From Patescibacteria group bacterium (GTDB lineage: Bacteria > Patescibacteriota > Patescibacteriia > 2-12-FULL-57-11), in assembly GCA_004297205.1 (NCBI GenBank), contig SCUL01000002.1, forward strand, positions 6,429 to 70,428: a stretch of DNA of 64,000 bases, in the 5' to 3' direction. Shown piece after piece: positions 18,081 through 27,829 of the stretch. The notes beneath the pieces were generated by a model. It worked only from the letters and a program-made list of their open reading frames with translations, ran no database searches and was not told where the DNA came from. Position 1 is the first letter of the stretch. Every line of letters starts with the position of its first letter. Position numbers and translations under genes: made by a program.

Positions 18081-18750
18081 GAAGCAGATCGATCGGGCCG
18101 TAGGTGGCGTTCGGCAGTCTGTAGTAGGCCGCCCACTCCCGGTCGCCGTAGGAGAAGTGCCACCACTCGCCGTTGTACGGAGCGAACCCGGCGTGCATCA
18201 TGATCGACCGCAGCAACGCGCGGTTGGTCCGCTGCGCATCCGTGAGATCCGTGCAGAACGTCTTGATCCGCTCGAGGTTCTCGTCGCGGAAGTCCGCGAT
18301 CGCAGTTCCCATGTCGAGATTGCCGCGGTCCGTCGCGATGATCAGGTCGACCGCGCCGCCCGTTGGATGACCTGCGACGTCTGGTGATGCTGACAGCGTG
18401 TGCGACAGTTCGCGTATCTCGAGGTCAGTCATTTCCGGATGCTGCGCCCGGAACTTTGCCAAGCGCGCCGAGAAGTATTCCTCCTGGATGCTCGGAAGGC
18501 GGTAGGCGTGGACCACCCGCAGGCGGGCTCCGGGCAGGTGACGATCCAGCCAGGCAGCAGCGTCGCGGAGTCGGCCGAGCGCGCCGGAGCGGAGGTACAT
18601 CTTCTCACTCTGCAGAGCGGTGACCATGTCCTGCTTCTCGTAGCGCCAGACGACTTCGGGCGTCGTTTCTTGGGTGACGACGAGCGGTTCGTTGTTTTCG
18701 ACAACCGGCACGTCGATCAGAGAACTGTACGGGAGAATCGTTTCGGCCAT
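18070..18750 (-). CDS. D-alanyl-D-alanine dipeptidase (peptidase M15D, VanX/DdpX-like)
   Basis: GAGGAGGAGG SD; AYR...Q, H.TGGAVDL, DMGT, NR.LL...M...GF..Y.GEWWHFSYGD. Confidence 0.9.
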   Translation of the reverse strand: MAETILPYSSLIDVPVVENNEPLVVTQETTPEVVWRYEKQDMVTALQSEKMYLRSGALGRLRDAAAWLDRHLPGARLRVVHAYRLPSIQEEYFSARLAKFRAQHPEMTDLEIRELSHTLSASPDVAGHPTGGAVDLIIATDRGNLDMGTAIADFRDENLERIKTFCTDLTDAQRTNRALLRSIMMHAGFAPYNGEWWHFSYGDREWAAYYRLPNATYGPIDLLRTP

Positions 18751-18872
18751 CAGCGCCTCCTCCTCGTCACTACTAGCAGTCCGTGTCGTGGCCGTCAATC
18801 CGACGGCGACGGGGTGTCGACCCTTGCCAGAGAGTCCTGAAGCGGCTACGGTTCGCTGGACACACACTCCCT

Positions 18873-20381
18873 ATGAAGATTTCCCTCCAAAAGAACGACG
18901 TCGCCGGCATCCGTGCCGACGTATTGGTGGTCAACCTGTTTCAGGGCGTCACCAAGCCCGGCGGCGCCACCGGCGCGGTGGATGCCGCGCTGGGCGGTGC
19001 GCTCAGCCGTGAGATCGCCGAGCTGAAGTTCGAGGGCAAGCTCGGCGAGATGCTGACGCTGTCCACGCTCGGCACGCTGCCGGCGACGCGCGTCGTGGTG
19101 GTCGGACTCGGTCCGAAGCAATCGTTCAATGCGGAGGCCGTGCGTCGCGTTTCCGGCGCGATCATCCGCCGTTTCCGCAACACCGGCGTCCAAAGGATCG
19201 CCACCGTGCTGCACGGTGCGGGCATGGGCGGACTCACCGCCGCCGCGGCCGCGCAGGCCTTGGCCGAAGGCGCCTGGCTTGCCAACTACCAGTTCCACAA
19301 GCACCGGACGCCGGCAAAGCAGGAGAAACCGAAGATTGCCGAATTGATCATCGTCGAACAGGACGCCGCCAAGCTCCGCCAGGCCGGTACCGCCGTGGCG
19401 CAGGCCCGGGCGGACGTGACCGGCGTCGAGCTGGCGCGCGACCTGGTCAACGAACCGGCCTCAATCGCCGTGCCGAAACACTTGGTGGAACACGCCAAGG
19501 AGATCGCCGCGTTGGCACCGAAGCGGATCACGCTGACCGTTCTCGACCGCGCGGCCTGCGCCAAGAAAGGCATGGGCGCGTTTTTGGCGGTCGCTTCCGG
19601 TGCGGGCGAAGAGCCGTATTTCATCCACCTCGTTTACAAGCCCGCCAAGAAAGCCAAGAAGACCGTGGCCGTGGTCGGCAAAGGCATCACCTTCGACTCC
19701 GGCGGTTTGCAGATCAAGCCGGACCACGCCATGTCCACGATGAAGCTCGACATGGCCGGCGCCGCGGCGGTGCTCGGCCTGTTCCGCGTCCTCGCGGAGC
19801 GGGGGAGCGACGTGGCCGTTCACGGCATCATCGCCGCGACGGAGAACATGCCCGGACCGCGCGCCTACAAGCCGGGCGACGTGCTGCGCGCCATGAACGG
19901 CAAAACCATCGAGATCGGCCACACCGACGCCGAGGGCCGCGTCACGCTTGCCGACAGTTTGGCATACGCCGCGGATCTCAAGCCGAACATGATCGTTGAT
20001 CTGGCCACGTTGACCGGCGCGGCCATGGTCGCGTTGGGTGAAGAAGTCACCGCGCTCATGACCAACGACGCCAAACTTGGCGAGCGCGTGAAACGCGCCG
20101 CTGCCGAAACGGGGGAGCGCGTCTGGGAACTGCCGCTCGTGCCGGAGTACCGCGATTTGATCAAGGGGACGTTCGGCGACATCGCCAATTCGTCCTCCGT
20201 GCGCTATGGCGGCGCCATCACGGCCGGACTCTTCCTGCAGGAATTCGTCGGTGAGCTGCCCTGGGCGCACCTCGACATCGCCGGTCCGGCCTGGGCCGAG
20301 CGAGAAAACATCAGCTACATGCCCAAGGGCGGCACCGGCTTCGGTGTGCGCACACTGCTCGCCTTTCTGGCGCACCTGTAA
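18873..20381 (+). CDS. pepA: Leucyl aminopeptidase (M17)
   Basis: VGKGITFDSGG, MKLDMAGAA, TDAEGRV.LAD, DLATLTGA, HLDIAG; promoter TTGCCA-17-TACGGT at 18824-18852. Confidence 0.96.
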   Translation: MKISLQKNDVAGIRADVLVVNLFQGVTKPGGATGAVDAALGGALSREIAELKFEGKLGEMLTLSTLGTLPATRVVVVGLGPKQSFNAEAVRRVSGAIIRRFRNTGVQRIATVLHGAGMGGLTAAAAAQALAEGAWLANYQFHKHRTPAKQEKPKIAELIIVEQDAAKLRQAGTAVAQARADVTGVELARDLVNEPASIAVPKHLVEHAKEIAALAPKRITLTVLDRAACAKKGMGAFLAVASGAGEEPYFIHLVYKPAKKAKKTVAVVGKGITFDSGGLQIKPDHAMSTMKLDMAGAAAVLGLFRVLAERGSDVAVHGIIAATENMPGPRAYKPGDVLRAMNGKTIEIGHTDAEGRVTLADSLAYAADLKPNMIVDLATLTGAAMVALGEEVTALMTNDAKLGERVKRAAAETGERVWELPLVPEYRDLIKGTFGDIANSSSVRYGGAITAGLFLQEFVGELPWAHLDIAGPAWAERENISYMPKGGTGFGVRTLLAFLAHL

Positions 20382-20383
20382 AC

Positions 20384-20426
20384 AAAAAGAAAAAGCGCCC
20401 CCGGATCGGGGCGCTTATCTTTTTTT
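20384..20426. terminator. Bidirectional terminator
   Basis: A-rich, AAGCGCCCC...GGGGCGCTT, T-rich; between convergent pepA and ahpC. Confidence 0.75.
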
Positions 20427-20950
20427 CAGGCTTTGCCGAGCGTCTGCTGGCCGGGTTCCCAGTCCACCGGGCAGCGCTCGCCGCTCTGCAGCGCCTGGAT
20501 GACGCGCAGGATTTCCTTCACGGAACGGCCGACCGAGCCGGCCGAGATCAGCGCGTAACGGATGATGCCGTCCGGGTCGATGATGAACAGGCCGCGTTCG
20601 GCCGAGCCGTCTTCTTCGTTCAACACGTCGTAGTCGCGGGCGATCTGCTGCGTGGTGTCGGCGATGACCGGGTACTGGACCATCGGCAGGTCGCGCTCGA
20701 ACCAGGCTTTGTGGCTCCACTCGGAGTCCGTGGAGGCCGAGACGACCGCGGCGTTCAGTTTGTCGAACTCGGCTTCGTGCGTGGCGAAGCCCCTGAGTTC
20801 CGTCGGGCAGATGAAGGTGAAGTCGCGCGGGTAGAAGAAGAGCACCACCCACTTTCCGGAGTAGTCCTTGAGAGAGATCCGGTGGAACTCGCCCTTGTGG
20901 TAGCTCATGACGTTCTCGAACGTCGGTGCGGGTTTGCCGAGGTGGATCAT
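20426..20950 (-). CDS. ahpC: Peroxiredoxin (AhpC/Prx1, 2-Cys)
   Basis: FFYPRDFTFICPTE, RGLFIIDPDG, GRSVKEILR, resolving CPVDW. Confidence 0.95.
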   Translation of the reverse strand: MIHLGKPAPTFENVMSYHKGEFHRISLKDYSGKWVVLFFYPRDFTFICPTELRGFATHEAEFDKLNAAVVSASTDSEWSHKAWFERDLPMVQYPVIADTTQQIARDYDVLNEEDGSAERGLFIIDPDGIIRYALISAGSVGRSVKEILRVIQALQSGERCPVDWEPGQQTLGKA

Positions 20951-20960
20951 GCGGATGGGG

Positions 20961-21566
20961 TTAGACAGCGGCCTTCCGGGCACGCGCGTAGAGCGCGTTG
21001 GCCGTTTCCCAGTTGAAGTTCTTCCAGAAGTCGGCGATGTAGGCCTTCCGGTCCGAACCGTAGTCCATGAAGTAGGCGTGTTCGTAGACGTCGAGCACGA
21101 TCACGGGCAGACAGCCCCAGACGCCGCCCTGGTTGTGGGCGTCGCCGGTGAAGACGCGCAGCTTGCCGTCGTTGGTGTCGATTGCGAGTACCACCCAGCC
21201 GCGCGCGGCCATGCCGCAGGCGTTGAAGAAGCCGAGAAAGTTTTCGAGCGAGCCGTAGCGTTCCGTGAGCGCATCGACGAGCGCGCCGGATGGAGCGCCA
21301 TTGCCGCCCAGCACCGCGAAGTACCACTCGTGCAAGTAGACGCCGTTCGTGGCGAAGGTCGCGCCGTCCATCAGCGCACGCAGCTCGGAGTAGGTGGCGT
21401 TGGCCGAGGCCACGTCGCCGCCGTGAGAGAGCGTTGCAAGCTTGTCGTTGATTTCGTTGCGCTTGTTGACGTACCCCACGTAGAGCTTGTCGTGGTGGAT
21501 GGCCATGGCTTTCTCAGAAATGCCGGAGAGCGTGGCAAAGGGAAGCGGTTTGGCTTCGTAAGGCAT
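20961..21566 (-). CDS. sod: Fe/Mn superoxide dismutase
   Basis: HHDKLY.GYV, NGVYLHEWYF, GWVVL, LDVYEHAYFMDY. Confidence 0.95.
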   Translation of the reverse strand: MPYEAKPLPFATLSGISEKAMAIHHDKLYVGYVNKRNEINDKLATLSHGGDVASANATYSELRALMDGATFATNGVYLHEWYFAVLGGNGAPSGALVDALTERYGSLENFLGFFNACGMAARGWVVLAIDTNDGKLRVFTGDAHNQGGVWGCLPVIVLDVYEHAYFMDYGSDRKAYIADFWKNFNWETANALYARARKAAV

Positions 21567-21716
21567 AGGTGCAGTGAAGGGGCGGACCGATGCGTCCGTC
21601 TGAGGGACAAGTGTATGGGGCGGCGCGCGTCCGGGTCAATCGGATCACATCTATCCACAGCCCAAACGCTGACGCGGCGTGCGCTAGCTGCTACACTGTG
21701 TAGTAATCATTCACAC

Positions 21717-21740
21717 GGGCGCGATGAATCGCGCCCCTAC
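21717..21740 (-). repeat. GTAG-type REP-like palindrome
   Basis: Minus strand GTAG-GGGCGCGAT-TC-ATCGCGCCC in the dsbA 5' leader. Confidence 0.7.
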
Positions 21741-21749
21741 GGACACATT

Positions 21750-22484
21750 ATGGCTGACCGCAGCTGGCTCGACGCGACACCGCCGAAGACGTCGTTCGTC
21801 TTCGGCCTCATTCTCGGCATCGGCGCCATGTCGCTGATCGCGCTTATTGCAGTGGTGACCCTGCTCATGAAAGGGGACACCCTGAAGCTCGGCGGCAGCG
21901 ACGGCAACGTTGCAGCCGCGGCGACGGGCGACGATTATTTGCCGCCCGAGGCGCCGACCGGCCCGGTCGACGTCGCGGTCACCGACAAGGACCACATCCG
22001 CGGCAACAAGAACGCGGAGGTCACGCTGATCGAATTCTCCGACTTCGAATGTCCGTTCTGCAGCCGGCATGAGCCGACCCTGAACCAGGCGCTCAGCGAA
22101 TACGGCGACAAGATCCGTCTGGTCTACAAGCACTTCCCGTTGGAGTCCATCCACCCGCAGGCCCGGCCGGCGGCCGAAGCCAGCGAGTGCGCGGCCGAGC
22201 AGGGCAAGTTCTGGGAGTACCATGACGGGTTGTTCGCCAACCAGGACAAGCTCAGCAGCACCTACTACGGCGAGCTGGCCAAGCAGGTCGGCCTCGACGT
22301 GAACAAGTTCAACACCTGCGTGACCTCCGGCAAGGGCAAGGCCAAGGTCGACGCCGACTACCAGCAGGGGATCCAGGCCGGCGTCCAGGGCACGCCGCAC
22401 ACGCTCGTCAACGGCATCGCCGTCTCCGGCGCGATTCCGTACGCCTCGCTCAAAGTGGAGATCGAGAAGGCGTTGGCGCAATAA
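21750..22484 (+). CDS. dsbA: Membrane-anchored DsbA/thioredoxin-family protein
   Basis: N-terminal TM; EFSDFECPFC, KHFPL..IHP.A..AA.A.ECA..QGKFW, cis-Pro GTP. Confidence 0.92.
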   Translation: MADRSWLDATPPKTSFVFGLILGIGAMSLIALIAVVTLLMKGDTLKLGGSDGNVAAAATGDDYLPPEAPTGPVDVAVTDKDHIRGNKNAEVTLIEFSDFECPFCSRHEPTLNQALSEYGDKIRLVYKHFPLESIHPQARPAAEASECAAEQGKFWEYHDGLFANQDKLSSTYYGELAKQVGLDVNKFNTCVTSGKGKAKVDADYQQGIQAGVQGTPHTLVNGIAVSGAIPYASLKVEIEKALAQ

Positions 22485-22506
22485 AAACGAACGGACGTGA
22501 TATCGT

Positions 22507-22533
22507 GTAGGGGCGGGGAATACCCGCCCCTAC
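22507..22533. repeat. GTAG-type REP-like palindrome (double-ended)
   Basis: GTAGGGGCGGG-GAATA-CCCGCCCCTAC, 11-bp perfect stem. Confidence 0.7.
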
Positions 22534-22541
22534 CGCTGTAT

Positions 22542-23228
22542 ATGGACGCCACCCTGTACGTCATCGCCACGCCGATCGGCAACTTGGAGGACCTCTCACC
22601 GCGGGCCCGCCGCGTGCTGTCCGAAGTCGGCACGCTGATCGCCGAGGACACGCGCGTGGCCCGGGCGCTCCTGTCCGGCATCGGTGTTCCGGCGCCGCGC
22701 ATCGTCGCGATCCACGCGCACAGCAGCGAGAAGGACATCCGCGACGCCGTCGAACGGCTGGCGGGAGGGGAGCGCTGCGCGCTCATCACCGATGCCGGCA
22801 CGCCGGGCATCTCGGACCCGGGCGCCCACTTTCTGGACCGCGCCTATGCCGCGCTGCCGGGACTCCATGTGGTGCCGGTTCCCGGACCGTCGGCTGCGGC
22901 CACCGCGCTGTCCGTTTCCGGATTTTACGCGGATCGTTTTCTGTTTCTCGGCTTTCCTCCGCACAAGAAGGGGAGAGCGGCGTTTTTCAAGGAAGTGGTC
23001 GCGGCTGATGAAACGGTGGTGTTTTACGAATCGCCGCATCGCATCGAAAAGACGCTGGATGCCCTGGCCGAGGCGCTCGATGCCACGCGCCGCATCTGCA
23101 TCGGCCGCGAGCTGACCAAGGTCTACGAGACGATCGTCCGCGGACCGGTGGCGCATGTGCTCGAGGTGGTGCGTGCGGCACCGCTGAAGGGCGAGTTCGT
23201 GATCGTCGTGGAGCGGGCCGGTCGCTGA
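22542..23228 (+). CDS. rsmI: 16S rRNA (cytidine1402-2'-O)-methyltransferase
   Basis: LYVIATPIGNLED, AEDTR, DAGTPGISDPG, FYESPHR, RELTK.YE, KGEFV. Confidence 0.96.
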   Translation: MDATLYVIATPIGNLEDLSPRARRVLSEVGTLIAEDTRVARALLSGIGVPAPRIVAIHAHSSEKDIRDAVERLAGGERCALITDAGTPGISDPGAHFLDRAYAALPGLHVVPVPGPSAAATALSVSGFYADRFLFLGFPPHKKGRAAFFKEVVAADETVVFYESPHRIEKTLDALAEALDATRRICIGRELTKVYETIVRGPVAHVLEVVRAAPLKGEFVIVVERAGR

Positions 23229-23262
23229 CAAAACGGGCTGATTCCGCTAGAGTGCCGCTGCT

Positions 23263-24777
23263 ATGGCCGCCAAAAACACCGCCTACATCACGACCACGTT
23301 GCCGTATGTGAACGCCGACCCCCACATCGGTTTCGCTCTTGAAATCGTGCAGGCCGACGTGGTGGCGCGCTACTGGCGGTTGCTCGGCAAAACCGTCGTC
23401 TTCAACACCGGGACAGACGAACATGGACTGAAGATATGGAAGAACGCGCAGGAGGCCGGGCTTGATCCCAAGACCTACAGCGATGGCTATGCCGCCAAGT
23501 TCCACGGCTTGAAGGACGCGCTGAACCTGTCGTACACGCACTTTATTCGGACGACGGACGAGCATCACGTCGCCGCGGCGCAGGAATTCTGGCGACGGTG
23601 TCTGGCCAACGGCGACATCTATAAGAAGTCGTACCAGATCAAGTATTGCGTCGGTTGCGAATTGGAGAAGACCGACTCCGAGCTGGTCGACGGTCGCTGC
23701 CCGATCCATCCCAAGCTCGACATCGAAATCATCGACGAGGAAAATTACTTCTTCCGTTTTTCTAAGTACGCGCCGCAGCTCCTGGCGCACTACGACGCGC
23801 ATCCGGACTTCGTGGTACCCGCCTCGCGGCTGAACGAGATCCGCAGTTTCGTGGCCGGTGGCCTGCAGGACTTCAGCATTTCGCGGCTCGCCAGCAAGCT
23901 GCCGTGGGGCGTGCCCGTGCCGGACGATCCGGAGCAGGTCATGTACGTCTGGTTCGATGCGCTCGTGAATTACATCAGCACCATCGGCTGGCCGACCGAC
24001 CTGACGTCGTTCGAAGCGGCCTGGCCGGGCGTGCAGGTGGCGGGCAAGGACAACCTGCGCCAGCAGTCGGCGATGTGGCAGGCCATGCTGCTCTCGGCCG
24101 GACTTCCGCTGTCCAAGCAGATTTTCATCCACGGCTTCATCACCGCCGACGGGCAGAAGATGTCCAAGTCGCTCGGTAACGTCGTCAATCCGTATGACTT
24201 GGTGGCCGCCTACGGCACCGATCCGGTCCGCTACTTCCTGCTGGGCGGCCTGCCGTCCTACGAAGACGGCGACTTCTCGCAGCAGAGTTTCGACGATATC
24301 TACGGATCAAAGCTGGCCAACGGCGTCGGCAACCTCGCGGCGCGCGTGGCCACGATGATCGGCAAGTACGCCGGCGGCAAAGCGCCGGCCGCGGCATCGG
24401 ACATCTTCGACACGGCCGCGTTCTGGAAACGGTACGACGACGCCGTGGTGCGCTACCGTTTCGACGAAGCCGTGAAGGCCGTGGAAGAACTCGTCGCCGC
24501 CTGCAATAAGGAAGTCGAAGTGCAGCAACCGTTCAAGAAAGCCAAAGCGGGGGAAGACGTCGGAGCGCTGCTGTACCAGCTGTCCGAAGCGCTGCGCCAC
24601 ATCGGCCTGGCGCTCTTGCCGGTCATCCCCGCCAGCGCCGCAAAGTTGCTGGGCATGCTCTCCATGGACGCGGCGGCCGTTTCCTTCCCCGGGGCCCGCG
24701 TCTGGGGCACGCTCCAGGAAGGCACGCCGATCGCCTCCGGCGTGATCCTCTTCCCGCGGCGCGACGCAACCTCATAA
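23263..24777 (+). CDS. metG: Methionine--tRNA ligase (short monomeric type)
   Basis: YITTTLPYVN..PHIG, GTDEHG, YVWFDAL.NY, KMSKSLGN. Confidence 0.97.
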   Translation: MAAKNTAYITTTLPYVNADPHIGFALEIVQADVVARYWRLLGKTVVFNTGTDEHGLKIWKNAQEAGLDPKTYSDGYAAKFHGLKDALNLSYTHFIRTTDEHHVAAAQEFWRRCLANGDIYKKSYQIKYCVGCELEKTDSELVDGRCPIHPKLDIEIIDEENYFFRFSKYAPQLLAHYDAHPDFVVPASRLNEIRSFVAGGLQDFSISRLASKLPWGVPVPDDPEQVMYVWFDALVNYISTIGWPTDLTSFEAAWPGVQVAGKDNLRQQSAMWQAMLLSAGLPLSKQIFIHGFITADGQKMSKSLGNVVNPYDLVAAYGTDPVRYFLLGGLPSYEDGDFSQQSFDDIYGSKLANGVGNLAARVATMIGKYAGGKAPAAASDIFDTAAFWKRYDDAVVRYRFDEAVKAVEELVAACNKEVEVQQPFKKAKAGEDVGALLYQLSEALRHIGLALLPVIPASAAKLLGMLSMDAAAVSFPGARVWGTLQEGTPIASGVILFPRRDATS

Positions 24778-24788
24778 CCCACCCCCGT

Positions 24789-25304
24789 ATGCCTTTGGTA
24801 GACGGCGCCATTCTCATCCTGCTCGGCGGCTTCGTGCTGTTCGGGCTGTGGTTCGGATTCATTCACGCGCTCGGCGCGCTCATCGGCACCATCGGCGGCG
24901 CCTTCGTGGCGGCCCGCATGTTCGAGCCGATCGCCCAGTGGCTGCACGGGCTGGTCGGCGGTTCGCTCAACCTGGAGCGCGTCGTGGTCTTCCTGCTCAT
25001 CTTCGTGCTCGTCGACCGGTTGATCGGCCTGGCGTTCTGGTTCATCGAGAAGGTGTTCAAGTTCCTGACGATCATCCCGTTCCTGCGGACCATCGACCGC
25101 CTGCTCGGCGGCATCCTCGGCTTCATCGAAGGCGTCCTCGTGCTCGGCCTGACGTTGTACTTCGCCAGCCGCTTTCCGTTCGCGCCGGTCGGCGAGTACA
25201 TCGCCTCGTCCGGCGTGGCCCATTGGCTGATCAACGCCGCAGCGGTGCTCGTCCCGCTCATTCCGGCCGCCATCCGCGTCCTGCGCAGCACGGCCGGTAT
25301 TTGA
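24789..25304 (+). CDS. CvpA (colicin V production) family membrane protein
   Basis: D......GL..GFI and IDRLLGGILGFIEG motifs; about 4 TM helices. Confidence 0.88.
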   Translation: MPLVDGAILILLGGFVLFGLWFGFIHALGALIGTIGGAFVAARMFEPIAQWLHGLVGGSLNLERVVVFLLIFVLVDRLIGLAFWFIEKVFKFLTIIPFLRTIDRLLGGILGFIEGVLVLGLTLYFASRFPFAPVGEYIASSGVAHWLINAAAVLVPLIPAAIRVLRSTAGI

Positions 25305-25306
25305 GC

Positions 25307-26191
25307 ATGCCGCGGCTCGTCGATACCCACGCCCACGTCCACTTCCAGGCCTTCGCCGGAGAAACCGACGAGATTTTGCGTCGGACGGTGGCGAACGGCA
25401 TTTGGGTCAACCTGATCGGCACGCAGTCCACGACGTCCAAGAACGCCGTCGAGGCGGCGGAACGTCTGGGCGAGGGCGTCTTCGCTTCAGTCGGGCTGCA
25501 TCCGAACCACTTGGCGCAGATGCACTTCGACGAAGACGAGCTGGCCGTGCAGACGCGCGATGAACGGTTCGATCCGGCGTACTATGCGCCGTTGGCCGCG
25601 CATCCGAAAACGGTCGCGGTGGGGGAGTGCGGTCTCGACTATTACCACCTTCCGGAGACCATCCCGTTTTCCGAGTTGCGTGAATTGCAGCGGCAGCAGT
25701 TTTCCCTGCAGCTCGACTTCGCGCACGAACATGATCTGCCGGTGGTCATCCACTGCCGCGACGGCCGCACGCCGGAGACGGCCACGGCGCATGCCGATCT
25801 GACGGCACTGCTCATCGAGTGGTTCGCACGCGGACTCAATCCGCGTCGCGGCGTGATGCATTGCTACACCGGAGACGCGGCGGCCGCGGCGCGGTATGTG
25901 GACCTCGGCATGTACGTGTCCTTTTCCGGCATCGTCACGTTCCCGCCGCGCAAAACCGGCGAAGGCTCCATCGGCCTGCAAGAAGCGGCGCGCAGCGTCC
26001 CGGCCGACCGGTTGCTGGTGGAAACGGACGCACCGTATCTGACGCCCATCCCGCATCGCGGCGAACGCAACGAGCCGCTGCACGTCGCCCACGTCGCCCG
26101 CTACCTCGCCTCGCTGCGCGGCGTCACGGAAGAGGCCATTTCCAGGCAAACCACGCAGAACGCCCGCACACTTTTTCACAAAATGGCTTGA
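25307..26191 (+). CDS. tatD: TatD family nuclease
   Basis: DTHAH, GLHP, AVGECGLDYY, IHCRD, HCYTG, ETDAPYL.P.PHRG.RNEP. Confidence 0.96.
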   Translation: MPRLVDTHAHVHFQAFAGETDEILRRTVANGIWVNLIGTQSTTSKNAVEAAERLGEGVFASVGLHPNHLAQMHFDEDELAVQTRDERFDPAYYAPLAAHPKTVAVGECGLDYYHLPETIPFSELRELQRQQFSLQLDFAHEHDLPVVIHCRDGRTPETATAHADLTALLIEWFARGLNPRRGVMHCYTGDAAAAARYVDLGMYVSFSGIVTFPPRKTGEGSIGLQEAARSVPADRLLVETDAPYLTPIPHRGERNEPLHVAHVARYLASLRGVTEEAISRQTTQNARTLFHKMA

Positions 26192-26216
26192 AAAGAGGGT
26201 TTCCGGAAAAAACGGC

Positions 26217-26245
26217 TTGACCTTGCCAAGAATCGCACCTATGAT
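26217..26245 (+). promoter_or_regulatory. Promoter of the atp operon
   Basis: TTGACC-17-TATGAT. Confidence 0.7.
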
Positions 26246-26264
26246 AGACGCGCTTTTTTGCGAT

Positions 26265-26555
26265 ATGCAGGAACCGCCGCGCGCTCCTCAGGAGGAGCAG
26301 AAAACCCGTCCGTGGTTGTTCGCAGTCGGCCTTGTCGGCCAGCTCGGGTTCATGATCGCCGTGCCGATTGCCGTCTTCGCGCTGGGCGGCAGCCTGCTCG
26401 ATAAAAACTACCAGACGTCGCCGGTCTTCCTGCTCGGCGGCGTGTTCTTGTCCGGCATCATCAGCACCGTCTGGGTCGTCCAGCGCGCCCGCGTCCTGCG
26501 TGACCAGTACATGAAGCTGGTCGATCCCGCCGCGACGGGGCAGAAGCGCGTATGA
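26265..26555 (+). CDS. AtpZ/AtpI family (ATPase gene 1) membrane protein
   Basis: LGFMIAVP.....GG..LD....TSP..LL.G pattern; first gene of the atp operon. Confidence 0.85.
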   Translation: MQEPPRAPQEEQKTRPWLFAVGLVGQLGFMIAVPIAVFALGGSLLDKNYQTSPVFLLGGVFLSGIISTVWVVQRARVLRDQYMKLVDPAATGQKRV

Positions 26556-27409
26556 CCGTCTCCCTGGCAGCTGAACCGCTGTTCTCCCTCGGCACCCTCC
26601 CGGTCACCAACGCGGTGCTGGTCGGTGTTGTCGTGTTCGTCGGACTCGTGGCCGCCGCGCTGATGCTGCGCTCGAAAATTACCGTCGGCGTTCCGGGAGG
26701 CGCAATTAATCTCGTCGAATCCATCTTAGAGATGTTGCTCTCGACCATCGGAGGCATCACGCACGATCGGAAAAAAGCCGAAGAGTTTTTTCCGCTCATC
26801 GCCACGTTCTTCCTGTTCATCCTGTTTTCGAACTGGACCGGCATTCTGCCGGGCCTCGGTTCCGTCGGCGTCTACAAGCTGATTCACGGCGAGATCGAAT
26901 TGGTGCCGTTCCTGCGGGCACCGTCCGCCGACCTGAACTTCACTATCGCCCTCGCACTGCTGTCCGTGTTTGCCGCGCAGTGGTACGGCATGAAGCATCT
27001 CGGCTTCTTCGGCCATTGGGGCAAGTTCTTCGTGCCGCCGTGGAAATCGCCGTATCTGATCGGCAGCTTCGTCGGCATCCTGGAGCTGGTCTCCGAATTC
27101 GCCAAAGTCATCAGCTTCTCCTTCCGTCTGTTCGGCAACGTCTTTGCCGGGGAAATTCTGCTCATGGTGGTCGGCTCACTCGCGCCCCAAGGCGGCACCT
27201 TGCCGTTTTTGTTTCTGGAAATTTTCGTCGGCCTCATCCAGGCGCTGGTCTTTGCCTTACTGACGACCGTCTTCCTGACGATCGCCACCATGGAGCACGG
27301 CGACGAGGGACATGGCAGCGCCGACGAGGAGAAGCATGTCGCCCATGAGGCGGACATCAAGAAACATTACCTGCCTGCCGGCAGGCAGGCGCCGGCCCAA
27401 CACGCCTGA
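26552..27409 (+). CDS. atpB: ATP synthase Fo subunit a
   Basis: FILFSNW.G.LPG, RAPSADLN.T, SFSFRLFGN.FAGE, LEIFVG.IQA.VF; His/acid-rich C-terminal tail. Confidence 0.97.
   Translation: MTVSLAAEPLFSLGTLPVTNAVLVGVVVFVGLVAAALMLRSKITVGVPGGAINLVESILEMLLSTIGGITHDRKKAEEFFPLIATFFLFILFSNWTGILPGLGSVGVYKLIHGEIELVPFLRAPSADLNFTIALALLSVFAAQWYGMKHLGFFGHWGKFFVPPWKSPYLIGSFVGILELVSEFAKVISFSFRLFGNVFAGEILLMVVGSLAPQGGTLPFLFLEIFVGLIQALVFALLTTVFLTIATMEHGDEGHGSADEEKHVAHEADIKKHYLPAGRQAPAQHA
27370..27389. repeat. 20-bp perfect palindrome inside the atpB 3' end
   Basis: CCTGCCTGCCGGCAGGCAGG, read in frame as LPAGRQ. Confidence 0.8.
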
Positions 27410-27469
27410 TGCATCGCCCCGCCCTTCCCAAACATTTTGGGAGAGGTGGGGTGGCACATCATTCACTGA

Positions 27470-27805
<336 letters not shown>

Positions 27806-27829
27806 ATCCGCATCGTCGCAGGAGCACGT

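Noticed and set aside
18070-18750. Vancomycin-resistance cluster
   Set aside because: No vanH, vanA/B, vanR/S or vanY nearby, and the ddl in the window has the D-Ala-D-Ala-type Tyr in its omega loop.
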